A DNA stretch of 46,502 nucleotides, taken from positions 1-46,502 of the forward strand of contig CAZHXK010000001.1 in NCBI GenBank assembly GCA_964536565.1. Direction: 5' to 3'. Origin of the DNA: an uncultured Gammaproteobacteria bacterium. Its GTDB lineage: Bacteria > Patescibacteriota > Patescibacteriia > Magasanikbacterales > GCA-002688135. Below the pieces are notes generated by a model, which worked only from the letters and a program-made list of their open reading frames with translations, was not told the origin of the DNA and searched no databases. The position numbers were made by a program, and so were the translations under genes. Below, in pieces: positions 16,737-24,752 of this stretch; position 1 is the first letter of the stretch, and the number at the start of each line of letters is the position of its first letter.

Positions 16737-17447
16737 CTATCCCAAAAGATACGTGTACTCTGGCATTGGAATTCCATCTCGACCGCGATCAATCGTTAAT
16801 TCGCAAAATAGTTTACAGCGCTTCATTGCTTGCCCTATGATAACCGCCACCTCATGCGGATCCATAAATGAACTCGTATCCATGTCCGTTCCCGCCCACA
16901 GGTTTGTTTTCATCCCTCCTGGGCACACGATAAGATTTGATGTTGCACCAGCTCGCTCCATAAGTTCATCATGGAAATTCAGTGCGACAGCCCTGCGTGC
17001 AGCTTGCGCCGATGCATAGATCGTTTCATCGGAGCGCAATTTCTTTGCACTTGTAGAGGCGACTGTTACGAGCTGGTATGGATGGGATGTCCGTGCATGA
17101 AACAACATGAGGACTTCTGTTGGACCAATAACGATTGAACCCCACACCTGCTTCGCTTCGTTCAAGCGATGAGATGCAAGTGAACCACGCATGTGCGGAC
17201 CACCTCCCGCAATAACGAGATGTGAGATGTCGGACAAGTCTCCAATCTGATCAAGAATGTCTGTTGCCACAGTCGGCGACATCAGGTCCGCAACGACCCC
17301 TTGTGCTTGAGCGAGCGATGGTTCGTCTGCAATAGCTGCAGCAGTCCTCCCCACCAGAATTGGCGAGATGTTGTTTTTTAGAAACTGCATGGCGATGTGT
17401 CGACCGAGACTATGTTCTCGTGTTCCACCTAGAATAAGTGCGCGCAT
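16737..17447 (-). CDS. atypical short-chain dehydrogenase/Rossmann-fold protein
   Basis: N-terminal MRALILGGTREHSLG dinucleotide-binding-like turn and an SDR-like length. The YxxxK motif appears degenerate (YASAQ). Confidence 0.6.
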   Translation of the reverse strand: MRALILGGTREHSLGRHIAMQFLKNNISPILVGRTAAAIADEPSLAQAQGVVADLMSPTVATDILDQIGDLSDISHLVIAGGGPHMRGSLASHRLNEAKQVWGSIVIGPTEVLMLFHARTSHPYQLVTVASTSAKKLRSDETIYASAQAARRAVALNFHDELMERAGATSNLIVCPGGMKTNLWAGTDMDTSSFMDPHEVAVIIGQAMKRCKLFCELTIDRGRDGIPMPEYTYLLG

Positions 17448-17671
17448 GTGATACTCCTGTGTATGTTGTGACTGATCGATTTTACGTCTAAACCCGTAAC
17501 TAGTTGACGAAAACAGTACAAAACTGTCATATCATTGTCAATCAGCCCTCTATCCATATGAATGACATCAAGGCTTGGAGTGCGTGTTTTTTGTTGTCTA
17601 AATCCTTACATTTTACGGACTCTAATTTGAGAGAAATACGAGTATTTTGGCTAAATATAGCTGCAACACCA

Positions 17672-17700
17672 TTGACAAATAGGGGTTTTTGTGCTATTAT
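17672..17700 (+). promoter_or_regulatory. sigma70-type promoter
   Basis: TTGACA (17672-17677), 17 nt spacer, gTGcTATTAT (ends 17700). Confidence 0.7.
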
Positions 17701-17734
17701 ACGCGTATCTATTGTTCCTTTTAGGAGGGGGAAA

Positions 17735-18019
17735 ATGACCACAGACACTCAAGGCAGCATGTCGGGAGTCCGCCTTGGCCTCCAGGCTATCTCATCACTG
17801 ATAGTGATTGCATTGTCCACCCTAGCACTACGCCCCGAGATTGCGACGCTTGCCCGCATCGGCTGGCTTGTGGTCCTTCAGGGTGTCGTGCTGACCTCGC
17901 TCACGCTTGTCGTGTATAACAAAGAGCGCGGTACGATGCGTATAGTATTAATTGTCGCAACCGCCGTAGTGACCGTGTGCGGCATTGGAATCCTTGCCCT
18001 CGATCTTTTTCTCGCATAA
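17735..18019 (+). CDS. small membrane protein (94 aa, 3 predicted TM)
   Basis: AGGAGGGGG SD precedes the ATG at 17735, downstream of the promoter. The longer tracked ORF start lies upstream of the promoter. Confidence 0.65.
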   Translation: MTTDTQGSMSGVRLGLQAISSLIVIALSTLALRPEIATLARIGWLVVLQGVVLTSLTLVVYNKERGTMRIVLIVATAVVTVCGIGILALDLFLA

Positions 18020-18037
18020 GCATCAGAATCTCAAGTT

Positions 18038-18078
18038 CCCCGACCACCCGCAACGTGCGGAGGCGGGGTTCTTTTTTA
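18038..18078 (+). terminator. intrinsic terminator
   Basis: Long GC stem CCCCGACCACCCGC...GCGGAGGCGGGG followed by a T-run. Confidence 0.7.
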
Positions 18079-18135
18079 ATCATTATTTTTCTCTTGTAGT
18101 GTCTGTTCTAAATAGTGTACCTCATCTGCAACCCG

Positions 18136-18939
18136 TCATATGTGTCCAATCATTTCTGGTAATTGGTGAACCAATTCACCTTCAACAAACATGGCACGCT
18201 CTTTATAATTATTGTGTAATACCTTATCTAATTTCTCAGCCCGCCTCGTCATGGCAAGGGTAATTTCATTCACAACCTGCTGTGTTGCTGATAGTTGAGC
18301 AACTAACTCGTCCAGCTCTTGGGCCACGCGCCCCACACCTTCATCCATATGACTTCTTATCTCATCCCATCGTCCAGCAAGCTGACCTAGCTCAGAAACA
18401 CTTTCGTACAATTCATCCGGCAATGTTTCTTCGCGATTACCAATCTTTACGCCTGCAAATATCTCACGAGCAGATCTAACCTTACTCATGACATGACTAA
18501 CAGACTCTTCAATTTTGCGCTTAGTATACCTGAACGAATTCTCTAACTCCTCTTTCTGCTCTGCTGCCAATCTATTAAAGTGATCCGACTCTTCTGGACT
18601 AAGAATTTTATCTTTTAACTCTCTTGCTCTTCTTCTGTCCCCTGCTTCTTTTTTTGTTGTGCTTTCGTGTAAAACCTTTTTAGTTCCATCTACCCGAAGA
18701 ATGTATGCTTCATAATCTCCATCCTCACCAACCCGCTCTTTGATAAACTCCTCTCCATCCTCCACCTTATGAAATACCCCTTCTGGATCGCGCACACCAT
18801 TACTCCTCCCGAACCATGCATTGTATTCATTTACTGGACCAAAGTCATACCCCTGATCAGCCGAAGTGTCAGGCTGAGACGGAATATCCTTTCTCGATAC
18901 ATCTTTATTTGCTCTTGGACTTGGAGGTTGATTTCTCAT
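18136..18939 (-). CDS. hypothetical protein, coiled-coil rich
   Basis: 267-codon ORF with a charged helical C-terminal half. No family recognised. Confidence 0.65.
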   Translation of the reverse strand: MRNQPPSPRANKDVSRKDIPSQPDTSADQGYDFGPVNEYNAWFGRSNGVRDPEGVFHKVEDGEEFIKERVGEDGDYEAYILRVDGTKKVLHESTTKKEAGDRRRARELKDKILSPEESDHFNRLAAEQKEELENSFRYTKRKIEESVSHVMSKVRSAREIFAGVKIGNREETLPDELYESVSELGQLAGRWDEIRSHMDEGVGRVAQELDELVAQLSATQQVVNEITLAMTRRAEKLDKVLHNNYKERAMFVEGELVHQLPEMIGHI

Positions 18940-19057
18940 AATTCTTTTTATGTTTCCATATTATCATACGCCGTAGGATACCTGAACCCATTCTCCGTTC
19001 CTCAGTAGTCATTTATCGATCTTGAACTGAAGACCGCCTAGCAGTTTTTTTCGATAT

Positions 19058-19084
19058 TAAAAAAGCCCCGCAACTTGCGAGGCT
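19058..19084 (-). terminator. intrinsic terminator
   Basis: Minus strand: GCCTCGCA-agt-TGCGGGGC followed by T6. Confidence 0.65.
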
Positions 19085-19099
19085 CAGAGACTTAGGTTT

Positions 19100-19687
19100 T
19101 TATGCATGTCGACCGCCACCCAAACCGATTCGATGTGAATCGATGAAGCAGGTGACGCCATAGCCAATAAGGCTGAGGATAGCTCCTATCCGAGCAATGT
19201 TCGGCATGTCCTGCCAGACGAAATATCCGAAGGTCATCAGGATTATCGCAGCTTCAAAGGCGAAGTACATCCCATGCATGCGTCCTGCGAACGTCATCGC
19301 ACCATCCGTCGTCGCGTATCCCCAATCCCATCGAGAGAATTTACCCTCACGAAACGCAGCGGATACAGGCCTCTCCCAAAGAATGAACGCAGCCAGCCCC
19401 ATGTGTGCTAGTAGGATGAGGTACATCGTATGCAGGAATGACATCCCATCAAACTGCATGTTTGGAATCACGAATGCGTTCAGCGCGCTCAGACAAATCG
19501 TGTCGCCATATTTCTGGGCTGCGAAGTGATCCCAGTGCAGGAATGGTTTCCCTTTCCATTGATGAATACCACGAGCCGGAATGTTCCCACGCCTCACCGA
19601 GACTGTCTGTGCCCACTCAAACCAGCAGATGACGCCGATGCAAGATAGAAGAAATACTGTCGTAAAATAGATCCAATCCACGGCCAC
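19100..19687 (-). CDS. polytopic membrane protein
   Basis: About 5 TM helices. AAAGGAGG SD is present; the GTG at 19681 is an alternative start. No family recognised. Confidence 0.7.
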   Translation of the reverse strand: MAVDWIYFTTVFLLSCIGVICWFEWAQTVSVRRGNIPARGIHQWKGKPFLHWDHFAAQKYGDTICLSALNAFVIPNMQFDGMSFLHTMYLILLAHMGLAAFILWERPVSAAFREGKFSRWDWGYATTDGAMTFAGRMHGMYFAFEAAIILMTFGYFVWQDMPNIARIGAILSLIGYGVTCFIDSHRIGLGGGRHA

Positions 19688-19709
19688 CTCCTTTAATGAT
19701 CAACTGCAT

Positions 19710-19738
19710 ATAATAGCAGAAATTCGGCCATTTGTCAA
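19710..19738 (-). promoter_or_regulatory. sigma70-type promoter
   Basis: Minus strand: TTGACA (19738-19733), 17 nt spacer, TATTAT (19715-19710). Confidence 0.7.
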
Positions 19739-19821
19739 TGCACGAGCAGTGACGAATCCTATACACATAATATCGCACAAATCCTCGCTCTTCGCAGATA
19801 CGAACGAGCGAGGTGAGGCTC

Positions 19822-20235
19822 CTAGGCAGTCCCTTCGCTGATGAGCTCCTGTGAGGCACCCCACAACCCCTCGAATACAGCAGAAAGTGTGTTGTGCAAT
19901 TCTTTTGACTGTATGATGACGGCGGTTTTTGATTTGAGAGATGAGATCATAAGAACCTTGTCATCGTACAAGCACAATACTGATTTAAATTTTCCGTGCA
20001 TGACCTCTGGAAGGATGCGCGGATTACGTTCTTTGATTTGGTCTGCGGTTATGTATGAATGTTTATCCTGAGATTCCCAAAGTGAACGTGATGATAGATT
20101 TCTATCGTTTCGAGATTTCAAAAAATATTGTGCATAGTCTTTATCGAATTCAGAAAAGAAGTTTTTTACGGGAGCGATGATGTCCCAGTGTCTACTTTTA
20201 CAATCGAGCGCTCGCAGAGTTGTTTCGCAATGCAT
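19822..20235 (-). CDS. TrmB-family regulator C-terminal domain only (possible 5'-truncated remnant)
   Basis: The C-terminus IIQSKELHNTLSAVFEGLWGAS parallels YMSDGMVVGQLKSLWNVLWDAS of the full-length TrmB-like protein at 44207-45034. There is no winged-helix N-terminus. Confidence 0.5.
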   Translation of the reverse strand: MHCETTLRALDCKSRHWDIIAPVKNFFSEFDKDYAQYFLKSRNDRNLSSRSLWESQDKHSYITADQIKERNPRILPEVMHGKFKSVLCLYDDKVLMISSLKSKTAVIIQSKELHNTLSAVFEGLWGASQELISEGTA

Positions 20236-20771
20236 ACCGCGACGAACTTACGCAGGCACCTGCATTTGTTCCGAAATGGTGTACGATCCATACATACAAG
20301 ACGTTCGACCGACTCGCATATATTCTGGAACACAAAATCAAGACAGGTTCGTTTGATGTTATTGTGCAGTCAGCAGCGATCAGCGACTACGAACCATCAG
20401 GTACGTACGCCATGAACGAGGCTGGTGGTCTTGAGGAAGTGGATTCGAGCACGAAAATCTCTTCTAAACATCCTCGTTTGTATCTACAGCTTTCCCCCAC
20501 CATTAAGCTGGTTGATCAGTTTGAAACATGGGGCTTCAGTGGCACGCTTGTGAAATTCAAGTTGCAGTCTGGTATGAGTGATGAGGCATTAATTGAGATT
20601 ACGAAGCGAAGCCTGAAGCAATCGAATGCTGATCTCATCGTCGCGAACTGCCTTGAGTGGTTTAAGGAGCGGGCGTATGTGATGGATGCTGTTGGCCACT
20701 GCACATCCGTTCCTCGATCGGAGATTGGCGCTGCGATTGCGGCACATGTAAACAACGAGGTGTGGACATGA
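20220..20771 (+). CDS. coaB: phosphopantothenate-cysteine ligase (CoaB) lacking the N-terminal nucleotide-binding segment
   Basis: DFP-family motifs QSAAISDYEP, KISS.....L.L..TIKLV and ADLIVAN are present. The GGT.E.ID / N.S.G N-terminal motifs are absent, and an in-frame TGA lies at 20178-20180. Confidence 0.6.
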   Translation: MFRNAYRDELTQAPAFVPKWCTIHTYKTFDRLAYILEHKIKTGSFDVIVQSAAISDYEPSGTYAMNEAGGLEEVDSSTKISSKHPRLYLQLSPTIKLVDQFETWGFSGTLVKFKLQSGMSDEALIEITKRSLKQSNADLIVANCLEWFKERAYVMDAVGHCTSVPRSEIGAAIAAHVNNEVWT

Positions 20772-21316
20772 ATGTACTTCTTGGTGTAACGGGAGGTGTT
20801 GCAGCAACGCTCACTCCGAAACTAGTTGCTGCACTCAAGTGCGCTGGGCACGACGTGAAAGTCATCGCCACCAAAACATCTTTCTACTTCTTCGATCCAT
20901 CTGAAGTTGACGCGCCGATCCTTAAGGATGAGGATGAATGGCCTGACGATCGATATACACGAGGTGATCCAGTGCTGCATATCGAGCTCCGTGATTGGGC
21001 AGATGTATTACTCATCGCCCCCCTCACCGCAAGCACGCTTGCGAAGATGGCACATGGCTTCTCTGACAATATGTTGCAGTGCGTATTTCTCGCATGGAAC
21101 GAGACAAAACCGATTGTTCTTGCGCCGGCAATGAATACGAAGATGTGGGAACATCCCATGACACAGCGAAACATCTCTACACTTACTGATGCACTTGTTT
21201 CCGGAGGGTATTCCCTCTTACTTGTGAATCCCATCGTTAAAACACTCGCATGTGGAGACGTCGGAATTGGAGCAATGACGCATGTACGCGACATCGTTTC
21301 ATCCCTTACGCGATAG
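20768..21316 (+). CDS. coaC: phosphopantothenoylcysteine decarboxylase (flavoprotein)
   Basis: N-terminal LLGVTGGVAA flavin-binding turn, with PLTASTLAKMAHGFSDN and APAMNTKMWEHP motifs. ATGA overlap with coaB. Confidence 0.88.
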   Translation: MNVLLGVTGGVAATLTPKLVAALKCAGHDVKVIATKTSFYFFDPSEVDAPILKDEDEWPDDRYTRGDPVLHIELRDWADVLLIAPLTASTLAKMAHGFSDNMLQCVFLAWNETKPIVLAPAMNTKMWEHPMTQRNISTLTDALVSGGYSLLLVNPIVKTLACGDVGIGAMTHVRDIVSSLTR

Positions 21317-21319
21317 CCA

Positions 21320-21346
21320 CCGTCGATACGTTCGACGGTTTTTTTG
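21320..21346 (+). terminator. intrinsic terminator
   Basis: CCGTCGA-tacgt-TCGACGG followed by T7. Confidence 0.8.
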
Positions 21347-21349
21347 TAT

Positions 21350-21376
21350 TAAAAAAGGGACACATCCTGTGTCCCT
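21350..21376 (-). terminator. intrinsic terminator
   Basis: Minus strand: GGGACACA-gga-TGTGTCCC followed by T6. Confidence 0.8.
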
Positions 21377-21392
21377 TCGAATTTACTACGAC

Positions 21393-22397
21393 TTACTCCG
21401 TCTGTGACGGCGTAGGCTCTACACCTTCGGCGGGTGACTCCTCGGTTTTCTCAGCAGACTCATTATCGATCTCCGCCTCAGCCGCCTCCTTGGCTGTGTT
21501 AATGCGTTTGAGTAACTCTGCATCAACGATTCCCTCAGGCTTCAGCCACTTTGAAGTGTCGATGCTGCCATTCATGACATCAGTATACGGAATGAGGAAC
21601 ATGTTGTTCTTTCCATCCGCAGCCTTCTCCATGGCAAGAATTTGCTTGTACGCAAGGTACTGAGGAGAAATTGATGCAGCAATGATTCGGTTTGCATCAG
21701 AGATAGCCTGCGCCTCCAGCATTTCCTTTGAGGCACGAATTTTTGCCAGCTGCAGATCTGCCTGCGCACGCGCTGCAGTCTTCTGACCTTCAGCTCGAGC
21801 AGTTTCGATTTCAACACGCATCTGAGCCTTCCGCTCCTGTGCCTTTGTAATGACGTCGGGGAAATCGAGGTTGCCAACAGTTACTCTCTTCACTTGCAGG
21901 ATCGCTGTATTCGTAGCCAGCGTTACTGCTGTACGGACCTCTTCGATGACAACAGCTCGCTTCTGTACCAACTCCTCGGTCTTGTATTTCGATACAACCT
22001 TTCGCGCCTCCTGATCTGCAACAGGCCGAATATACGTCTCGAAAAGCTGACTGATGGTGAAGAGCTGTTCCTCGGCAGGCTTCAGATTCCCGAATGCAGC
22101 CTTGACCTCTTCGTCGTTTTTGAGATTCACACTGACAAGCACGTCAATATCAAAACTGAAGTTGAGATTGTCTGCACAGAGGACGCTCATGGGAATCTTG
22201 AACGTCTGGTCCGTAGACTCCATCTGGTACATCTTACAACGTCCCCAGCACGAGTGTCGGCCAGGAGCCAAAACCTCCCCATTGAAACCACCAGGCTCCC
22301 ATGTGCGCCCCACATGCCCAGGCAGAACAATTTCATTGCACCCTGTTGACAGCATAATCGCAATCAGACCAATAACAAGCATCACATTTTTCTTCAT
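21393..22397 (-). CDS. SPFH/band-7 (prohibitin-like) lipoprotein
   Basis: Signal peptide with lipobox LSTGC. The central SPFH-like region is followed by a long coiled coil (ERKAQMRVEIETARAEGQKTAARAQADLQLAK). Confidence 0.75.
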   Translation of the reverse strand: MKKNVMLVIGLIAIMLSTGCNEIVLPGHVGRTWEPGGFNGEVLAPGRHSCWGRCKMYQMESTDQTFKIPMSVLCADNLNFSFDIDVLVSVNLKNDEEVKAAFGNLKPAEEQLFTISQLFETYIRPVADQEARKVVSKYKTEELVQKRAVVIEEVRTAVTLATNTAILQVKRVTVGNLDFPDVITKAQERKAQMRVEIETARAEGQKTAARAQADLQLAKIRASKEMLEAQAISDANRIIAASISPQYLAYKQILAMEKAADGKNNMFLIPYTDVMNGSIDTSKWLKPEGIVDAELLKRINTAKEAAEAEIDNESAEKTEESPAEGVEPTPSQTE

Positions 22398-22867
22398 CAG
22401 TTACTCTCCGTTTTCTTGTCATCATTCAAAGCCGGGAAGTTTTCCCGAAACCTCATCAGTTCACTTGCTGCCTGACCACTTTGCTCAACAGCTTCCGATT
22501 CTTCTCGACTCTTCTCTGCCTCCTCAGCACCTCGACGCTCCGCCTCGAGATCTTTTCGCGTTTGCGGTTTTACTTCTGCTGCATCCTGCTTTACTTGCTC
22601 AACAAAATCAGAACGAGGTTCGGCTGGCGCGTGATATGCAAACCCGTCACCCTTATGTGCCGATCCGGCAAAGAAAAAGAGTGCAGCCACGATCAGCAAT
22701 GCAGTCCAGGGAATAAGTATGTACAAAGGTCGAGTGTGGATTTTTTCATCATCACCGACATCCTTGAAATACTCAGCCCAATTTTTAACGAGTGGAATCA
22801 GGGCAAGCAGCATGATCACAACCATGCCCACATAATAAAGAGTTTGAATCATCGTATGCATCTCCAT
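22397..22867 (-). CDS. membrane protein co-transcribed with the SPFH gene
   Basis: Two TM helices and an acidic/charged tail. There is a 1-nt overlap with the downstream SPFH gene. Confidence 0.65.
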   Translation of the reverse strand: MEMHTMIQTLYYVGMVVIMLLALIPLVKNWAEYFKDVGDDEKIHTRPLYILIPWTALLIVAALFFFAGSAHKGDGFAYHAPAEPRSDFVEQVKQDAAEVKPQTRKDLEAERRGAEEAEKSREESEAVEQSGQAASELMRFRENFPALNDDKKTESN

Positions 22868-23059
22868 TTTTTCGGATGAAAGGACCTACGTGCACTGAAT
22901 GCGCACACTCCGCCTACACCTTTCGGATAGGAGAATATTTTTACACGAAACATTCTTCTAGCAAAAAGATACGCAGTCGATATGAGCAATTCAATAACTG
23001 TTAAACCTACTCCTCCTCTCGACCTTTGTCAATACCCTTGAAATCCAGTAATTTCAGTT

Positions 23060-23087
23060 AAAAAACGACCCTCTTTGAAGGGTCGTG
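23060..23087 (-). terminator. intrinsic terminator
   Basis: Minus strand: ACGACCC-ttcaaaga-GGGTCGT followed by T5. Confidence 0.75.
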
Positions 23088-23101
23088 AAATTGATTGCGC
23101 A

Positions 23102-23431
23102 CTACTGTGCTTGTTTTTTTTCGTAGGCGAGACATGCATCCTCAGTCTCGAGTAACCAGTGCTCGTCAATCCTAGATGTACTACACGCTGGTGGTATAAC
23201 CCGATTCATAACACCCACCTCATCTGCACAGAAAAAACACATCGTGCCAGAACCGCACTCCTGCCATAAAGGCTCATGCAGCCCTGCCCTCGTACATGCT
23301 TCCATTTCTGATTGCGCAACCAGTTTGCGCACATGGTCTGCTCGTTTTGTCTTCGCGACCATTGCTTCGGTTTTGCAGCCAAATGCCATTAACATACAAC
23401 ACACAATGAATAAAATGTACTTCGTCATCAC
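23102..23431 (-). CDS. Cys-rich lipoprotein
   Basis: Signal peptide with lipobox MAFGC and 8 further Cys. ATGA overlap with the upstream gene. Confidence 0.65.
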   Translation of the reverse strand: MMTKYILFIVCCMLMAFGCKTEAMVAKTKRADHVRKLVAQSEMEACTRAGLHEPLWQECGSGTMCFFCADEVGVMNRVIPPACSTSRIDEHWLLETEDACLAYEKKQAQ

Positions 23432-23889
23432 ACACCTCCCTGTAGCTGCGCCCGAATCTTCATCAAGCGCGAGCAGAATTCTTCTTCAGTCAGAACCGTC
23501 AGTTTCGGATCCGGACAACCCATCGAGTGAGTTAACTCCTGCGTACCCGTCGAAAGAAGCGCCGTTTTCCAGTGCAGATTTTTGGACACAGCGTTGTATA
23601 GCCGATCCAATAACTGTTGGTACTCCGGACCTTCTCGTGCGTATGCAACAACCTGCCACCACAACGTCTGTTGTGACTGCCAGTCTCTGTTGCGTTCTGT
23701 GCCACACTTCTTTGCAGCACCTCCCACCAACAAGCACATGTCCTTTTGCATGTCCGGATTTTTTAACTTGAATGCCCGCAATGCTCCTTCCAGAGACTTA
23801 CAAACCCACCCTTCAAATACGAAGATTCGCTCCGGGAAGTTGGACAACTCTCCTTCCGGACCTTCTCTTTTTGACGATATGTTGATCAT
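23428..23889 (-). CDS. NADAR (YbiA/DUF1768-like) domain protein
   Basis: Hand alignment to YbiA: ELSNF, GWVCKSLEGALRAFK (SxEHxxQAxK position, Glu kept), AAKKCG, LLSTGTQELTHS and a C-terminal LMKIRAQL. The start overlaps the upstream stop (TGATG). Confidence 0.65.
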   Translation of the reverse strand: MINISSKREGPEGELSNFPERIFVFEGWVCKSLEGALRAFKLKNPDMQKDMCLLVGGAAKKCGTERNRDWQSQQTLWWQVVAYAREGPEYQQLLDRLYNAVSKNLHWKTALLSTGTQELTHSMGCPDPKLTVLTEEEFCSRLMKIRAQLQGGV

Positions 23890-24206
23890 CAGCCCTTCTC
23901 CTTTTCTTCTTGGCTTTTTCTCTCTGTGATCGATACGATGATTTCTCCGACTTCCGCTGCGTTGTTTCCGAAGTGTCCCTCGTTGATGCGATAGACCAAC
24001 AGAAGATACCGCGCAAGAAGCATGCCGCAAAACACGACACAAAAGGCGATCGGCATGAAGGTGGAACCGCCATGACGCGCTTCAGAGAGCGCCCAGATTG
24101 CCGCACCCATCCCGATGAGGATAACAGCACTCACGGTTTCCTTCGCGGTTTTCCGTCTGTACCAACCAAGGTGTTTGCGTAGATTCGGACTGTATTCGCG
24201 TGACAT
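23889..24206 (-). CDS. small two-TM membrane protein
   Basis: First gene of a three-gene translationally coupled unit. TTGACA lies upstream at about 24262-24267 (minus strand). Confidence 0.6.
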   Translation of the reverse strand: MSREYSPNLRKHLGWYRRKTAKETVSAVILIGMGAAIWALSEARHGGSTFMPIAFCVVFCGMLLARYLLLVYRINEGHFGNNAAEVGEIIVSITERKSQEEKEKG

Positions 24207-24292
24207 CTCAACTCCTTTTGTTAATGATCAAGACTACAAAAAATACCATAAAATATGTACTTTGTCAATGACTACTGAAGCATTCTCACTGT

Positions 24293-24640
24293 TCAAATAA
24301 AAAAACCCAGCGTTTGCTGGGTGTATAAATCACTCATAATGCGCGATATGATGTTAGGCAGGTCGCCCGCAAGTTCAGCGAGAATACCATCATGATCCAT
24401 GTGCGTGTTCAGCCGTACATGCTGCTCAGCTTCGCCCGCACAGAACCCTCTAAGTGACGGATCAATATACATACTTGATAGCAACTCAACGAGCTCCTTC
24501 AGCGCATGTAATGCGATATTATGCTTTTCATCTTCCCCTACAGCCGCGGTGATTACCGCCTCACCAGATACCTCACATATGCGCATAATCAAGGCATCAA
24601 CGGGATATGGTTTTCTCTGTGTCTGTTCTGCGTGTGCCAC
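24293..24640 (-). CDS. hypothetical protein (115 aa)
   Basis: The GTG start at 24640 follows AAGGGAG. Earlier in-frame starts lie inside or upstream of the promoter. It is helical; a MazG-like fold was considered but not supported. Confidence 0.55.
   Translation of the reverse strand: MAHAEQTQRKPYPVDALIMRICEVSGEAVITAAVGEDEKHNIALHALKELVELLSSMYIDPSLRGFCAGEAEQHVRLNTHMDHDGILAELAGDLPNIISRIMSDLYTQQTLGFFI
24297..24324 (-). terminator. intrinsic terminator
   Basis: Minus strand: ACCCAGC-aaac-GCTGGGT followed by T7. Confidence 0.75.
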
Positions 24641-24671
24641 GACTGACTCCCTTGTTTGAATGTGTACCCAG

Positions 24672-24700
24672 AACATAGACGAATATCCCTCGCCTGTCAA
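24672..24700 (-). promoter_or_regulatory. sigma70-type promoter
   Basis: Minus strand: TTGACA (24700-24695), 17 nt spacer, TATGTT (24677-24672). Confidence 0.6.
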
Positions 24701-24715
24701 TACAGAATGTTGGAA

Positions 24716-24742
24716 TAAAAAAGCCCCCCGATGTTCGGAGGA
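24716..24742 (-). terminator. intrinsic terminator
   Basis: Minus strand: CCTCCGA-aca-TCGGGGGG followed by T6. Confidence 0.7.
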
Positions 24743-24752
24743 CTTGAGCTTC

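Noticed and set aside
16534-17019. 161-aa plus-strand ORF.
   Set aside because: It starts inside tRNA-Gly, runs through its terminator and lies antisense to the SDR-like gene.
22054-22716. 220-aa plus-strand ORF opposite the SPFH and membrane genes.
   Set aside because: It spans two well-supported minus-strand genes, and its translation is Ser/Pro/Leu-rich junk with no start context.
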